Below are positions 1 to 10,495 of a DNA stretch of 64,000 bases, in pieces. The stretch lies in the IMG/VR virus record IMGVR_UViG_3300023174_007394, positions 1-64,000 of that record. The stretch is one strand, 5' to 3'. How positions within the stretch are numbered: the stretch's first letter is position 1; the number at the start of each line of letters is the position of its first letter. Position numbers and translations under genes: made by a program. The notes under the pieces were generated by a model. It was not told the origin of the DNA, made no database searches, and saw only the letters and a list, made by a program, of their open reading frames with translations. The stretch is from a virus.

Positions 1-3000
1 CAGGATTTGATATTGTGCTAAATCCAGTTCCTGATGTACCTGATAATCCTGATGTACCTGATGATCCACCTCCGGATACGCCCTGAGCTCCTTGTGCTCC
101 TTGAACACCTGATGTACCTGAAGATCCTCTTGTACCTGATGATCCCGATGTTCCTGAAGATCCATCATTTCCCGATGTTCCTGAAGATCCAGATGTTCCT
201 GATGATCCCCTCGTTCCTGATGATCCTGATGTTCCTGAAGAACCATCATTTCCTGATGTTCCTGAAGAGCCATCATTTCCCGATGTTCCTGATGATCCTG
301 AAGTTCCTGAAGATCCCCTTGTTCCTGAAGATCCTGAAGTACCTGATGATCCTGAAGTACCTGATGATCCTGAAGTACCTGACGACCCATTAAATCCCTG
401 AGCACCTTGTAATCCGCTGGATCCAGATGTTCCCGAAGATCCATCATTTCCTGATGTTCCTGAAGATCCCCTTGTTCCTGAAGATCCTGATGTTCCGGAA
501 GATCCCGATGTACCTGAAGAACCATCATTTCCTGATGTTCCTGATGATCCCCTTGTTCCGGAAGACCCCGATGTTCCAGAAGATCCCGATGTTCCTGAAG
601 AGCCATCGTTTCCTGATGTTCCTGAAGAACCTGCACCTCCTGAAGTTCCTGAAGATCCCCTTGTTCCTGAAGATCCTGAAGTACCTGATGATCCTGAAGT
701 ACCTGATGATCCATTATCTCCTGTTAATCCTGATGATCCTGAAGTTCCAGAGGAACCTGAAGTTCCTGAGGATCCCCTTGTTCCTGACGATCCCGATGTA
801 CCTGATGATCCAACAGCACCTGATGTTCCTGATGATCCAACAGCACCCGATGTTCCTGATGATCCTGTAGCTCCAGATGTACCAGAAGATCCTGAAACAC
901 CCTGAGCTCCTTGATTACCCGAAGTACCAGCAGATCCTGAAGTACCTGATGAACCTGATGAGCCTGTAGATCCTGATGTTCCTGAAGATCCTGAGGTACC
1001 TGAAGATCCTGAGGTACCTGAAGATCCTCTTGTTCCTGAAGATCCTGAGGTTCCTGAAGATCCTGAGGTTCCTGAAGATCCTGTAGCACCCTGAGCTCCT
1101 GATGTACCAGCTGATCCTGAGGATCCGTCACCTCCAGAAGCACCGTTTAGATTTACAGTCCATGACGTAACATTTGTTAATGTACCTGCTTTATCATTTA
1201 CAAGTACGCTCATTGTCTGAGCTACAGAATCATAAGCTACTGATACTAATCCTATTAAATAATTGCCTGCGGTTCCTGATGAAATCAGAACGCTTTGATT
1301 TACGCTATAAGCTAATACCGTTCCAGCTATCTGGGGTATTACCCCTGTTAAAGCTATCGTAAAAGGTATGACAACTGTTGCTAAGTTAATAGCTGTACTA
1401 TTTGCATTAGCTAGGTATTGTGGGGATTGTCCAGAAGTACCTGATGTACCTGTAGATCCCGATGTTCCAGAAGATCCTCTTGTTCCAGATGATCCTGAAG
1501 TACCTGAGGATCCAGACGTACCAGCAGATCCTGAAGTACCTGAAGATCCTGATGTTCCTGTAGATCCTGATGTTCCAGAAGATCCATCAGCTCCTGATGT
1601 TCCTGTAGATCCAGAAGATCCCGATGTTCCAGAAGAACCCCTTGTTCCAGAAGATCCAGATGTTCCAGAAGATCCAGATGTTCCAGAAGATCCAGATGTA
1701 CCGTGAGATCCTGATGTCCCTGAAGATCCTGAAGATCCCGATGTTCCTGAAGATCCAGAAAATCCTTGAGGTCCTGTACCTCCTGTGAATCCTTGAGCTC
1801 CTGATGTTCCTGAAGATCCCGATGAACCAGTTGAGCCAGAAGACCCGTTAGAACCTGATGTTCCCGATGATCCATCATTTCCTGATGTTCCTGTAGATCC
1901 TGAAGTTCCTGAAGATCCCCTTGTTCCAGAAGATCCTGATGTTCCTGTTGATCCAGATGTTCCTGAAGAACCTGATGTGCCAGATGATCCATTAACTCCT
2001 GATGTTCCAGATGATCCATCAGCTCCTGATGTTCCTGTAGATCCTGAAGTTCCAGAAGATCCCCTTGTTCCAGAAGATCCTGATGTTCCTGAGGATCCTG
2101 ATGTTCCTGAGGATCCTGATGTTCCAGAAGATCCTGCACCACCTGATGTTCCAGAAGATCCTGCACCACCTGATGTTCCAGAAGATCCTGCACCACCTGA
2201 TGTTCCAGAAGACCCTGATGTACCTGTAGAACCTGATGTACCTGTAGAACCTGATGTACCTGTAGACCCTGATGTACCAGAAGATCCTGATGTACCAGAA
2301 GATCCCCTTGTTCCTGAAGATCCTGATGTTCCAGAAGATCCAACAGCACCTGATGTTCCCGAAGATCCAACAGCGCCTGATGTACCAGAAGAACCGTCAC
2401 CACCCGAAGCACCATTTAGATTAACTAGCCATGTGGTATATGAACCTGATCCTAACCTATCCGTCACAGTTACACTCATTGTCTGTGCACCTAAGTTATA
2501 AGGTGTAGAAATAGTTCCTATTAAGTAACTACCCGCTGTTGTTGATGACACAATAACGCTTTGATTTAAGCTGTATCCTAAGAATGTTCCTGCAATTGCA
2601 GGGGTCACACTGGTTAAATTTATAACAGTAGCGGTTGCTACGTCAACAAGAGTAGCAGTGGTAGCATTAGCATAATATTGGGGGGATTGACCTGATGATC
2701 CAGAAGTACCCATGGATCCAGAAGACCCTGATGTTCCAGTAGATCCTGATGTTCCTGTAGATCCTGAAGATCCTGATGTTCCTGTAGATCCAGAAGTACC
2801 AGATGATCCGGATGTTCCTGTAGATCCAGATGTTCCTGAAGATCCAGATGTTCCTGAAGATCCTGTACTCCCCGATGTTCCAGAAGATCCTGTACTTCCT
2901 GATGTTCCTGAAGATCCCGATGTTCCCGAAGATCCAGAAGTACCAGATGATCCAGCACCACCTGATGTTCCAGAAGATCCAGATGTTCCTGTAGATCCTG

Positions 3001-6000
3001 ATGTTCCCGTAGATCCTGAAGATCCTGATGTTCCCGTAGATCCTGAAGATCCTGATGTTCCTGTAGATCCAGAAGTACCAGATGATCCAGCACCACCTGA
3101 TGTTCCAGAAGATCCAACAGCGCCAGATGTTCCTGAAGATCCTGCACCTCCTGATGTTCCAGAAGAGCCTGTTCCTCCTGATCCTTGAGCACCTACTGCT
3201 CCTTGAGCTCCTGCTGCACCTGATGTTCCTGAAGAACCTGTTCCTCCTTGAGCACCAGATGTTCCTGAAGAACCTGTTCCTCCTGATCCCTGAGCACCCT
3301 GCAGTCCCTGTGGACCTTGTGCACCGGATGTTCCAGAAGAGCCTGTTCCCCCCGATCCTTGGGCTCCTGCTGCTCCTTGAGCTCCTGCTGCACCTGATGT
3401 TCCTGAAGATCCTGTCCCTCCCTGTGCTCCTGATGTTCCAGAAGATCCCGTTCCGCCCTGAGCACCTGCTGCTCCTGAAGATCCTGATGTTCCGTGAGAT
3501 CCAGATGTTCCTGAAGATCCTCCAGTTCCTGAAGATCCAGATGTTCCTGATGATCCGCTTGTTCCCGAAGATCCAGAGGTTCCTGAAGATCCACCTTCTC
3601 CTGATGTTCCAGAAGAACCTGTTCCTCCTGATCCCTGAGCTCCTTGCAGTCCTTGCGGACCTTGTGCTCCTGATGTTCCTGATGATCCTGTTCCTCCTTG
3701 TGCACCTGATGTTCCTGATGATCCTGTTCCTCCTTGTGCACCAGATGTTCCTGAAGATCCTGTTCCTCCTGATCCTTGCGCACCCTGTGGTCCCTGTGGA
3801 CCTTGTGCACCGGATGTTCCTGAAGAACCTGTTCCTCCTGATCCCTGAGCACCTACTGCTCCTTGAGCACCAGTAGATCCAGTTGCTCCCTGTGAGCCAG
3901 ATCCTCCTGCAGTACCAGCTAAGCCAACAACATCAAATGTAATATTGTACAGATCATCAACAGCAGGTGAAAGAGTATTTCCTGCAAGAAGTGTAACATT
4001 AAATGTGTAATAATTAGTATTTGATGAAATAACAGGTGTAGAATCTAATTGATATATGTTTTCGATATTACCATAAAATAGATGTAAAATAGACCCAGAT
4101 CCAATCTTTTGTAAAAATCCACCCTTTGGAATGGAATTTAAATCAACTACACTTATTTGTAATACTGTTGAATTAAAAAGATCCGATGAATTTGAATAGA
4201 ATTTTCCTGAGGGTGGTCCAGATGTTGTTGTTGTAGAACCTCCAAAAGCATATTTTGACGTGTTTGGTGTTATACCAGATGTTCCTGATGTACCTGGTGT
4301 ACCTGTTCCTGATGTACCAGAGCTACCTGGATTTCCATCAAATCCTTGTGCACCCGTTCCTGACGTACCTGAACTACCCGAAGCAGGTCCTTGAGGTCCT
4401 ACTGCTCCTTGTGCACCTGATGTTCCTGAAGATCCTGTACTTCCACTTGATCCACTAGTTCCTGCTGATCCGGATGTACCTGAAATTCCTGCTGTCCCTG
4501 CTGATCCTGATGTACCAGAAGTTCCTGCTGGTCCTGAAACATTTAATAAAAGAGTTTGGCCAAAATTGATATTTCCTGCGCCGCTTACAAGCTTAACTTG
4601 AATGTTTATTCTTCCTGTAGACTGTTCAAAATCCTGTACTGTTCCTACGAAATAATTATTTCCATCTATAGCAACAACCGCACTTTGTCCAACAGTATAG
4701 GAAAGACCAGTGTCTATTGTTAATGTTCCTGATTTATAACAAAGAATATAAATATTTGTATCTATTGCAAGAGTGGATAGATCTAATGTTATAAAGGTGC
4801 TAAATGTTGGATCAAATGCATTTCCATCAGCCTTATATCTACCTCCGTCTAGTCCTGAAGATCCTGATGATCCTGAGGTTCCAGATTCCCCTGATGTTCC
4901 ACTATATCCTGAAGTACCATGTGTTCCTCTCTCACCCTGAGCTCCCCTTGCGCCAGCTGTTCCAGATGATCCTGAACTTCCTGACGCTCCAGAAGATCCA
5001 GATGTACCTGCTGATCCTGTATCACCCTGAGCTCCTCTTGCACCTGCTGTTCCTGATGAACCTGCAGTGCCATTACCAGAAGATCCAGAAGTCCCATTTG
5101 ATCCACCAGCTCCTTGAGCACCTTTATCTCCTTTTACCCCCTGGTCACCAATAGCACCTTGAGCTCCTCCCCCTCCTGAAGTTCCCGAAGATCCTACAGA
5201 TCCTTGCGCTCCTGAAGTTCCTGATGTGCCTTTACCCCCCGAAGTTCCTGATGATCCAGAGTCTCCCGCTGGTCCTTGTGCTCCCCCTGGAGATCCAGGA
5301 GCACCTTGAGCTCCCATAGCACCATTTCCCCAGAAATCTACCCATTGGGTCACACCATTTACACCGCCACTCATTGTTCCTGTTGAAACAGATGGAGTTA
5401 TTCCTGACGTTGTAATATCAATAGTTGATCCATTATACGTTTCAGCATATCCTGAAATGGATTCTATTGTTACCGTATTAATATTAGAACTTGCCTTGAT
5501 TGTGGAGTCGGTTAAAGCTAGAATATCTTCAACCACTTTTTGAGCTGTGAGATATGCAGCACCCTGCCAAGTTGTTGTTGTTAATAGAGTGCCATCTAGA
5601 GATATTGAAATAGTACCTCCTGGAAATCCAGAATTAATAGTGAAAGAAAAACTAGATGATGTTTCACCAACATAAACATACCCCTGAAAGACATTACCAA
5701 GGAATCTTACCTGTCCAACAATAGGAGGCTTAGTTATTTCTGTGTTTCGATCAATTCTAAATCTTACCCTACCACCTGTTGCATTTTTGTTATATAAATC
5801 TAGATCTCCGCCTACATATGCATTATTAGTTACATTAATTGATGCACCTGTGATTCCACCACTGTTTCCATCCAATCCTATAGAAACAGCACCTGCTGAT
5901 GGCAGTGTAATTGTATTGCCTCTGATTGAATTTAACGTGAATTTAGAACTCTGAGCATCAAAACCTGGAATTTGTATAGTTATACCAAAGGTTGTTTGTA

Positions 6001-6103
6001 AAAGATCTATAGCGTCTTTTACTTGCTTAAAATTTTGGTTAATCCTTAATGCATCATAATTAAATCCTAATGGCTGTAAGTTTAAATCGGTTAATTCTGT
6101 CAT
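1..6103 (-). CDS. Giant (>2030 aa, 3' end beyond window) Gly-X-Y (GSSGTS/GAQG) collagen-like tail fibre/adhesin with interspersed globular beta domains
   Basis: ATG at 6103 (MTELTDLNLQPLGFNYDALRINQNF...). The same frame still reads ...GSSGTSGLSGTSGTGFSTISNP at position 2, and the non-repetitive inserts I translated (e.g. 1142-1430) contain no stop. GATATATA motif at 6123-6130. Missing from the ORF track because it has no stop in the window. Confidence 0.85.
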   Translation of the reverse strand, partial: MTELTDLNLQPLGFNYDALRINQNFKQVKDAIDLLQTTFGITIQIPGFDAQSSKFTLNSIRGNTITLPSAGAVSIGLDGNSGGITGASINVTNNAYVGGDLDLYNKNATGGRVRFRIDRNTEITKPPIVGQVRFLGNVFQGYVYVGETSSSFSFTINSGFPGGTISISLDGTLLTTTTWQGAAYLTAQKVVEDILALTDSTIKASSNINTVTIESISGYAETYNGSTIDITTSGITPSVSTGTMSGGVNGVTQWVDFWGNGAMGAQGAPGSPGGAQGPAGDSGSSGTSGGKGTSGTSGAQGSVGSSGTSGGGGAQGAIGDQGVKGDKGAQGAGGSNGTSGSSGNGTAGSSGTAGARGAQGDTGSAGTSGSSGASGSSGSSGTAGARGAQGERGTHGTSGYSGTSGESGTSGSSGSSGLDGGRYKADGNAFDPTFSTFITLDLSTLAIDTNIYILCYKSGTLTIDTGLSYTVGQSAVVAIDGNNYFVGTVQDFEQSTGRINIQVKLVSGAGNINFGQTLLLNVSGPAGTSGTSGSAGTAGISGTSGSAGTSGSSGSTGSSGTSGAQGAVGPQGPASGSSGTSGTGAQGFDGNPGSSGTSGTGTPGTSGTSGITPNTSKYAFGGSTTTTSGPPSGKFYSNSSDLFNSTVLQISVVDLNSIPKGGFLQKIGSGSILHLFYGNIENIYQLDSTPVISSNTNYYTFNVTLLAGNTLSPAVDDLYNITFDVVGLAGTAGGSGSQGATGSTGAQGAVGAQGSGGTGSSGTSGAQGPQGPQGAQGSGGTGSSGTSGAQGGTGSSGTSGAQGGTGSSGTSGAQGPQGLQGAQGSGGTGSSGTSGEGGSSGTSGSSGTSGSSGTSGSSGTGGSSGTSGSHGTSGSSGAAGAQGGTGSSGTSGAQGGTGSSGTSGAAGAQGAAGAQGSGGTGSSGTSGAQGPQGLQGAQGSGGTGSSGTSGAQGGTGSSGTSGAAGAQGAVGAQGSGGTGSSGTSGGAGSSGTSGAVGSSGTSGGAGSSGTSGSTGTSGSSGSTGTSGSSGSTGTSGSTGTSGSSGTSGGAGSSGTSGSSGTSGSSGTSGSTGSSGTSGSTGSSGTSGSSGTSGSTGTSGSSGTSGSTGTSGSSGSTGTSGSTGTSGSSGSMGTSGSSGQSPQYYANATTATLVDVATATVINLTSVTPAIAGTFLGYSLNQSVIVSSTTAGSYLIGTISTPYNLGAQTMSVTVTDRLGSGSYTTWLVNLNGASGGDGSSGTSGAVGSSGTSGAVGSSGTSGSSGTRGSSGTSGSSGTSGSTGTSGSTGTSGSTGTSGSSGTSGGAGSSGTSGGAGSSGTSGGAGSSGTSGSSGTSGSSGTSGSSGTRGSSGTSGSTGTSGADGSSGTSGVNGSSGTSGSSGTSGSTGTSGSSGTRGSSGTSGSTGTSGNDGSSGTSGSNGSSGSTGSSGSSGTSGAQGFTGGTGPQGFSGSSGTSGSSGSSGTSGSHGTSGSSGTSGSSGTSGSSGTRGSSGTSGSSGSTGTSGADGSSGTSGSTGTSGSSGTSGSAGTSGSSGTSGSSGTRGSSGTSGSTGTSGTSGQSPQYLANANSTAINLATVVIPFTIALTGVIPQIAGTVLAYSVNQSVLISSGTAGNYLIGLVSVAYDSVAQTMSVLVNDKAGTLTNVTSWTVNLNGASGGDGSSGSAGTSGAQGATGSSGTSGSSGTSGSSGTRGSSGTSGSSGTSGSSGTSGSTGSSGSSGTSGSAGTSGNQGAQGVSGSSGTSGATGSSGTSGAVGSSGTSGAVGSSGTSGSSGTRGSSGTSGSSGTSGSSGLTGDNGSSGTSGSSGTSGSSGTRGSSGTSGGAGSSGTSGNDGSSGTSGSSGTSGSSGTRGSSGTSGNDGSSGTSGSSGTSGSSGTRGSSGTSGNDGSSGTSGSSGLQGAQGFNGSSGTSGSSGTSGSSGTSGSSGTRGSSGTSGSSGTSGNDGSSGTSGNDGSSGTSGSSGTRGSSGTSGSSGTSGNDGSSGTSGSSGTRGSSGTSGVQGAQGAQGVSGGGSSGTSGLSGTSGTGFSTISNP
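30..5330 (-). repeat. Blocks of degenerate 9/18-nt coding tandem repeats encoding (GSS/GTS/GAQ)n: about 30-1140, 1430-2410, 2690-3915, 4270-4535, 4850-5330
   Basis: Recurrent gatcctgatgttcctgaa-type units; they create the many shadow ORFs in the track. Confidence 0.9.
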
Positions 6104-6122
6104 TTCGTATAGATACTTTAGT

Positions 6123-6130
6123 TATATATC
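6123..6130 (-). promoter_or_regulatory. Putative late promoter GATATATA
   Basis: About 20 nt upstream of the fibre ATG; same motif recurs before many structural genes. Confidence 0.65.
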
Positions 6131-6148
6131 TACGGAAATAATTAGCAC

Positions 6149-6547
6149 CTAAGATATAAGATCCTCTATGGATTCGCAGAATTTTTTAAAATCAGAGGGG
6201 TAATAACCTAGAAGTTCTTTTATTTCTCTTGTAGAGACCTCATATTTATCTCTAACAAAGAGCAAGACCTCTTCAGAAGGGAAGTATTTTTTAGATTTTT
6301 CTTTCTTATTTGTTGATGTAAAGAACCATCCAGGAGCGGATGAATACTTTTTATTTAGTGTTTCTCTCCAATAATCCACAACAGAAGCAGGATCTATCTT
6401 AGTATGATTGAATGCATTTGCATGAAGGGGGGATGCTATACTCATAATCCTGTTGATCATGAAATAATTTCTAGCTTTATCATGATTAGAAACTTCTTCC
6501 CATTTTTTATCATCAAAAAAAGCCTTAAGAATATCGAATAACTCCAT
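6149..6547 (-). CDS. gp62: Clamp loader small subunit (T4 gp62-like)
   Basis: MELFD...YFMINRIMS...KYEVS pattern and size resemble gp62 of T4-like phages; lies near gp44. Confidence 0.55.
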   Translation of the reverse strand: MELFDILKAFFDDKKWEEVSNHDKARNYFMINRIMSIASPLHANAFNHTKIDPASVVDYWRETLNKKYSSAPGWFFTSTNKKEKSKKYFPSEEVLLFVRDKYEVSTREIKELLGYYPSDFKKFCESIEDLIS

Positions 6548-7680
6548 TATCTATAATTTTTAAAAGGATCAAATGCAGAGGGAGCTTCGTGTGAATCCCA
6601 TTTAGATCTTCCAATCATGTTTTTTCTATCTAATAACAATCCTCTTATCTCCATGTTTGTTTGTGAATATTCATATTCCATCCCTGCTAATACGCTTTCG
6701 GGAATAACTTGATCGGATAGCCAAACTAATTGTGCATTTTCCTCGTAGTTTTTAGCAACAATTTTTCTGTTATCTGAATTATCAGTGTAGTTCATTGCTC
6801 TTAGAACATATCCTGAAATCCAGTCTCTAAATTCATCATCTTTCCAAATATCTTGTAAGCCTGATTTATTCCATCCTGATTGTTTAAAACTTTCATAGAT
6901 TGAAACTGCTTTAGTAGGCGTTACCTTAAAAATCTTTCCTGGTGTCTTTTCGTATGCAAAAACTGAGGGCACAGCATCACCCTTATCACCTGTTAGTATT
7001 TTTTCAAAAATTATTCTTTCAGGATCTGTTTTTTCTAATGTTGCAGAAGCTGTTAGTATTTTCATTTTATCTTTTTCTCCGTCATTAGACATGTCAAGAT
7101 TAAAAATAGAAATATCTTCTTCTTTATTTAAATAGTTTTCATTCCAGTTAGGTGGACAAAATATTTTATTATTTTTAGAATTACCATTCCAGCAGATAGT
7201 CCAAATACCATTTTCTTCATCGATCAACTGATGACTATCTTTATCACCAGAAAAAATAACCACATTATGTCCAGATTCTCTAAGTTTTTTATTCCAGAAC
7301 CAAAGTAGATCATCACCTTCTGCTCCTTTAACAGAGGAGTAAATATACCCGTTCAATTCTAGAAATTTTCCAAATTCATCCATGAGATCAAAAAAACATC
7401 CCCAATCAACTTTTTCGTCTTTTTCTCTGTCGCCCTTATAATCTACCCTTTCTATTTTTAGGTCTTTTCTCCATGATCTAGAATCCTTGCAAAATACTAC
7501 ATGTCCATTAACAGGAAGCTGATTTAAAGCATAGCAAATATCTGTTATGATTTTCCTCATAAAAACACTTCTATCCTGTTCATTTCCTAATACATCTCCT
7601 GGCTGTTTAGAACCATAGCTTGAGAATATAGAAAATGTCTTGTAAAAAAGATAATTGCCGTCAATTACAACTGATACCAT
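6547..7680 (-). CDS. rnh: 5'-3' exonuclease / T4 RNase H (FEN-like)
   Basis: VIDGNYL, EGDDLL, SGDKDSHQL and GDKGDAVP acidic motifs. Confidence 0.9.
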   Translation of the reverse strand: MVSVVIDGNYLFYKTFSIFSSYGSKQPGDVLGNEQDRSVFMRKIITDICYALNQLPVNGHVVFCKDSRSWRKDLKIERVDYKGDREKDEKVDWGCFFDLMDEFGKFLELNGYIYSSVKGAEGDDLLWFWNKKLRESGHNVVIFSGDKDSHQLIDEENGIWTICWNGNSKNNKIFCPPNWNENYLNKEEDISIFNLDMSNDGEKDKMKILTASATLEKTDPERIIFEKILTGDKGDAVPSVFAYEKTPGKIFKVTPTKAVSIYESFKQSGWNKSGLQDIWKDDEFRDWISGYVLRAMNYTDNSDNRKIVAKNYEENAQLVWLSDQVIPESVLAGMEYEYSQTNMEIRGLLLDRKNMIGRSKWDSHEAPSAFDPFKNYR

Positions 7681-7691
7681 ATTAAATTTAT

Positions 7692-8171
7692 TTAAAAGTC
7701 TTCATTTTTTATCATTACATCATAGTCAATAAACTCAAAAAAGTCCTCATCATCCGCTATTAATCTTCTTTCTGCTGAATCTGCATCGTTTCTTTCTGAT
7801 AATCTTTCCCTTCTTATTTCTCTGTCTGGATTTAAGTAAACGATAAAACACTTTTTTCTATGATCTGGTTTAATATTTTTTATTCCGGATGGTGTCATAA
7901 TAAGAAGACTTGATTTTTCAAAATCAACTATTGTTCTTCCATATGACCATCCATTAAAATCGTGAATCTCATAAAACTTATGCACATTATTTTTAAAGAA
8001 AGTATCATCCACAAAATAATAATCTTTGCCCTCTTTCTCCCCCTTTCTTTTAGGACGGCTAGTATAAGACACACAATATTTAAATCCTCTTTGCTCGAAT
8101 TTTTTTCTCATGAAATCCTTTCCAGATCCTCCCGGACCAACTAGAATTATTTTACTTTCTTTAAAAGCCAT
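7692..8171 (-). CDS. gmk: Guanylate kinase-like NMP kinase
   Basis: GPGGSGKD P-loop, SYTSRPKRKGEKEGKDYYFV, WSYG. Confidence 0.88.
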   Translation of the reverse strand: MAFKESKIILVGPGGSGKDFMRKKFEQRGFKYCVSYTSRPKRKGEKEGKDYYFVDDTFFKNNVHKFYEIHDFNGWSYGRTIVDFEKSSLLIMTPSGIKNIKPDHRKKCFIVYLNPDREIRRERLSERNDADSAERRLIADDEDFFEFIDYDVMIKNEDF

Positions 8172-9115
8172 TATTGAGTTAATTTTTGAATGGAATAAAA
8201 TAAAGATAATAACGATACCACAGAATCAATTACCTGGGTTCGCTGTGCTTGGTGTTGTGCAATTAGTATCATCACAGCAGGAATAATTCCAGATTTTGCG
8301 GGATGATTTTCTTGAATCCAGTCAATAAACTCTCTACCCATAGCTTCCATTACCTCTGTAACGGAATTAGAATATTGACCGACTATAAGCTGGTAACTTT
8401 TAATGGGATCTAGTTTTTCAAAAAGCATTTTATAAATCTCCTCGTAATCCCAAGAAGATTCAGATACTTTCTGTTCTGTAATTTCTGATATACCTTGTAT
8501 CTGCCATCTTTGAACGCAATTAAGTGCAGATCTCATATCTGGATAATACTTCTTCACAAATGAATCCAATCCTTTCTGATCTATTAAAATTCCCAATTTG
8601 GAAAGAATAAGTGTTATTCTTGATCTCCATTGATCTTTTAGTTCTATTTCTTCCTCTTTATTTACCGGATCAAATACAAAAACTTCAAATCTACTTTTCA
8701 TTGGATCTGGAACTTTATTAATCCAATTGCAGGTTGCTATAAATCTGGTATTCTTAGTGAACTTTTCCATTGTTCCTCTAAGAGCTTTATAGAACTGATC
8801 TGATGCTCCGTCAAACTCATCCAGAACCACAATCTTCATTGAGTTCTCTTCATTCATAATAGAGATCGTAGAACAGAATCCTGTAATTTTATCTCTAACA
8901 GTGTCTACTGAACTTTCATCAGAAACGTTGATAAAAAGTCTAGGTGAATCGTTGGATAAAATTTTAGCCAATGATGTTTTACCCGATCCAGGAGATCCAG
9001 TCAATAAAACATTTTGTTGCAGACCATTTTCAAATGCATCTTTAATTCTCTGTGGAAGAATCATATGCTTTAATTCCTTAGGCCTTAATTTTTCTGTTAA
9101 AAGTGTATCAATCAT
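8171..9115 (-). CDS. gp44: Clamp loader large subunit (RFC/gp44 AAA+)
   Basis: EKLRP, GSPGSGKTS, VLDEFD, ALRGTME, SRF motifs. Confidence 0.92.
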   Translation of the reverse strand: MIDTLLTEKLRPKELKHMILPQRIKDAFENGLQQNVLLTGSPGSGKTSLAKILSNDSPRLFINVSDESSVDTVRDKITGFCSTISIMNEENSMKIVVLDEFDGASDQFYKALRGTMEKFTKNTRFIATCNWINKVPDPMKSRFEVFVFDPVNKEEEIELKDQWRSRITLILSKLGILIDQKGLDSFVKKYYPDMRSALNCVQRWQIQGISEITEQKVSESSWDYEEIYKMLFEKLDPIKSYQLIVGQYSNSVTEVMEAMGREFIDWIQENHPAKSGIIPAVMILIAQHQAQRTQVIDSVVSLLSLFYSIQKLTQ

Positions 9116-10452
9116 TTTTTCTTATTGAATCTAGTTACTAAATTTTCTGCTTGTGTTTTGTCACTTCTTACTTCTATAAATCGGGGTAAAAAGAGAGATT
9201 TAAACCCTTTCTTATCTTCTATAGGAACATTATATTGGATTGTTACGATTTTACCTGTATGAGAATCAGGATCACTTGATAAATTAATTAAATCTTGTTC
9301 AGTAAATCCTGAACCAACCTTAACGTTATATTCTCCTGATAAATCTTTACAAATAAACCCTCCAATAAATCCCTCTCTTTTACCTTCACCTGGATACCAG
9401 CCAACTATTTCTAAATCGCAATCTTCAACCTCTTTAAATTTAATCCAATTTTTAGATCTTTTACATTCATAGACATGTAAGGGATCTTTCATAATAACTC
9501 CTTCACCCCCATTAGCAACTATTTGTTCATATATGGGCATTAGTTCATCTTTTGTTTTTGCCTCCCATTTAGTTGCTAATTTTATATTTTGAAATTCTTT
9601 TCCTCCAAATAATGATTCTAATATTCCTCTTCTAATCCTATAATCATTTGAACCCTTGCCTTTTTTAATTACCTCTGAAGGATCAGTATCAAAAATATTA
9701 AATAATAAGTCATCCCCTATAGATTCTTTAGGTGATCCTTTCATAATCTGTGTTACCTTTCCACTTACACTTTTACGATCGAAATCAGTTAATTCGCCAT
9801 CGAAAAATATTCCATCCAATTCCCCGGATAAATCCAATAACTGATCCGCAATTTTTCGAAGATATTTAGTGTCTAATTCATTAAATGCCCTAGTGTAAAA
9901 TTTAGGTATTCTATTCTCTATTATGCAAATAACTCTAACGCCATCGTATTTCTCTTCACATACTATAGAATCCCATTTATCGAGGACTTTATGATCATCC
10001 TCCGCAAGCATTAAACTAGGATCAGGGATAAGCTCCTTTTTGACTGCCTTATTAATCAATTTGGCACCTATACCTATGTTCATACGCTTTGTAAGCACTT
10101 TAGCAAGCACCTTTTTAACTTCTAAATCAAAACCACTTCTTTCAACTAAAAGTCTAGCCTTAGCTCTTAAATTATCATTAATTGCAGGTGCATTTTTAAG
10201 CTCCTCGCATAAATGTTTAAAATCGGGAAATAAATTAACATTTACCCATTCTTTGTTGTCTTCAAATTCTAGTTTATGTAATTTAGTTGTAATAAAAGGA
10301 TCAAAACATATTGCAAGAATATACTCCAATTCGGGAGTTAAGTTCTGTGCAATCAATTCTTGTTTTTTCTTTTGTGATCCTTCGCCTGTGGAATTTTCAA
10401 TTTCCAATAAAAGTCCTAGTTCTTTATGCATGTTTGATAGTTTAGGCATCAA
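9112..10452 (-). CDS. gp30: ATP-dependent DNA ligase
   Basis: EEKYDGVR (motif I), FFDGEL, EGVIMKD, WIKFK, VGSGF, LFLPRF. True start may be the ATG at 10449 or 10431. Confidence 0.93.
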   Translation of the reverse strand: MMPKLSNMHKELGLLLEIENSTGEGSQKKKQELIAQNLTPELEYILAICFDPFITTKLHKLEFEDNKEWVNVNLFPDFKHLCEELKNAPAINDNLRAKARLLVERSGFDLEVKKVLAKVLTKRMNIGIGAKLINKAVKKELIPDPSLMLAEDDHKVLDKWDSIVCEEKYDGVRVICIIENRIPKFYTRAFNELDTKYLRKIADQLLDLSGELDGIFFDGELTDFDRKSVSGKVTQIMKGSPKESIGDDLLFNIFDTDPSEVIKKGKGSNDYRIRRGILESLFGGKEFQNIKLATKWEAKTKDELMPIYEQIVANGGEGVIMKDPLHVYECKRSKNWIKFKEVEDCDLEIVGWYPGEGKREGFIGGFICKDLSGEYNVKVGSGFTEQDLINLSSDPDSHTGKIVTIQYNVPIEDKKGFKSLFLPRFIEVRSDKTQAENLVTRFNKKK

Positions 10453-10495
10453 ATATACAGTAGCATTTCGGGATAAAAAAATGTTTCAAAAATGA

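Noticed and set aside
30-3915. Repeats as a CRISPR array or satellite
   Set aside because: No constant repeat with unique spacers; variation is at synonymous codon positions; no cas genes.
34-5154. Many track ORFs (PEDPDV-rich, MFLKIL-rich, LQEHQD-rich)
   Set aside because: Antisense or off-frame shadows of the GSSGTS repeat of the single 1-6103 gene.
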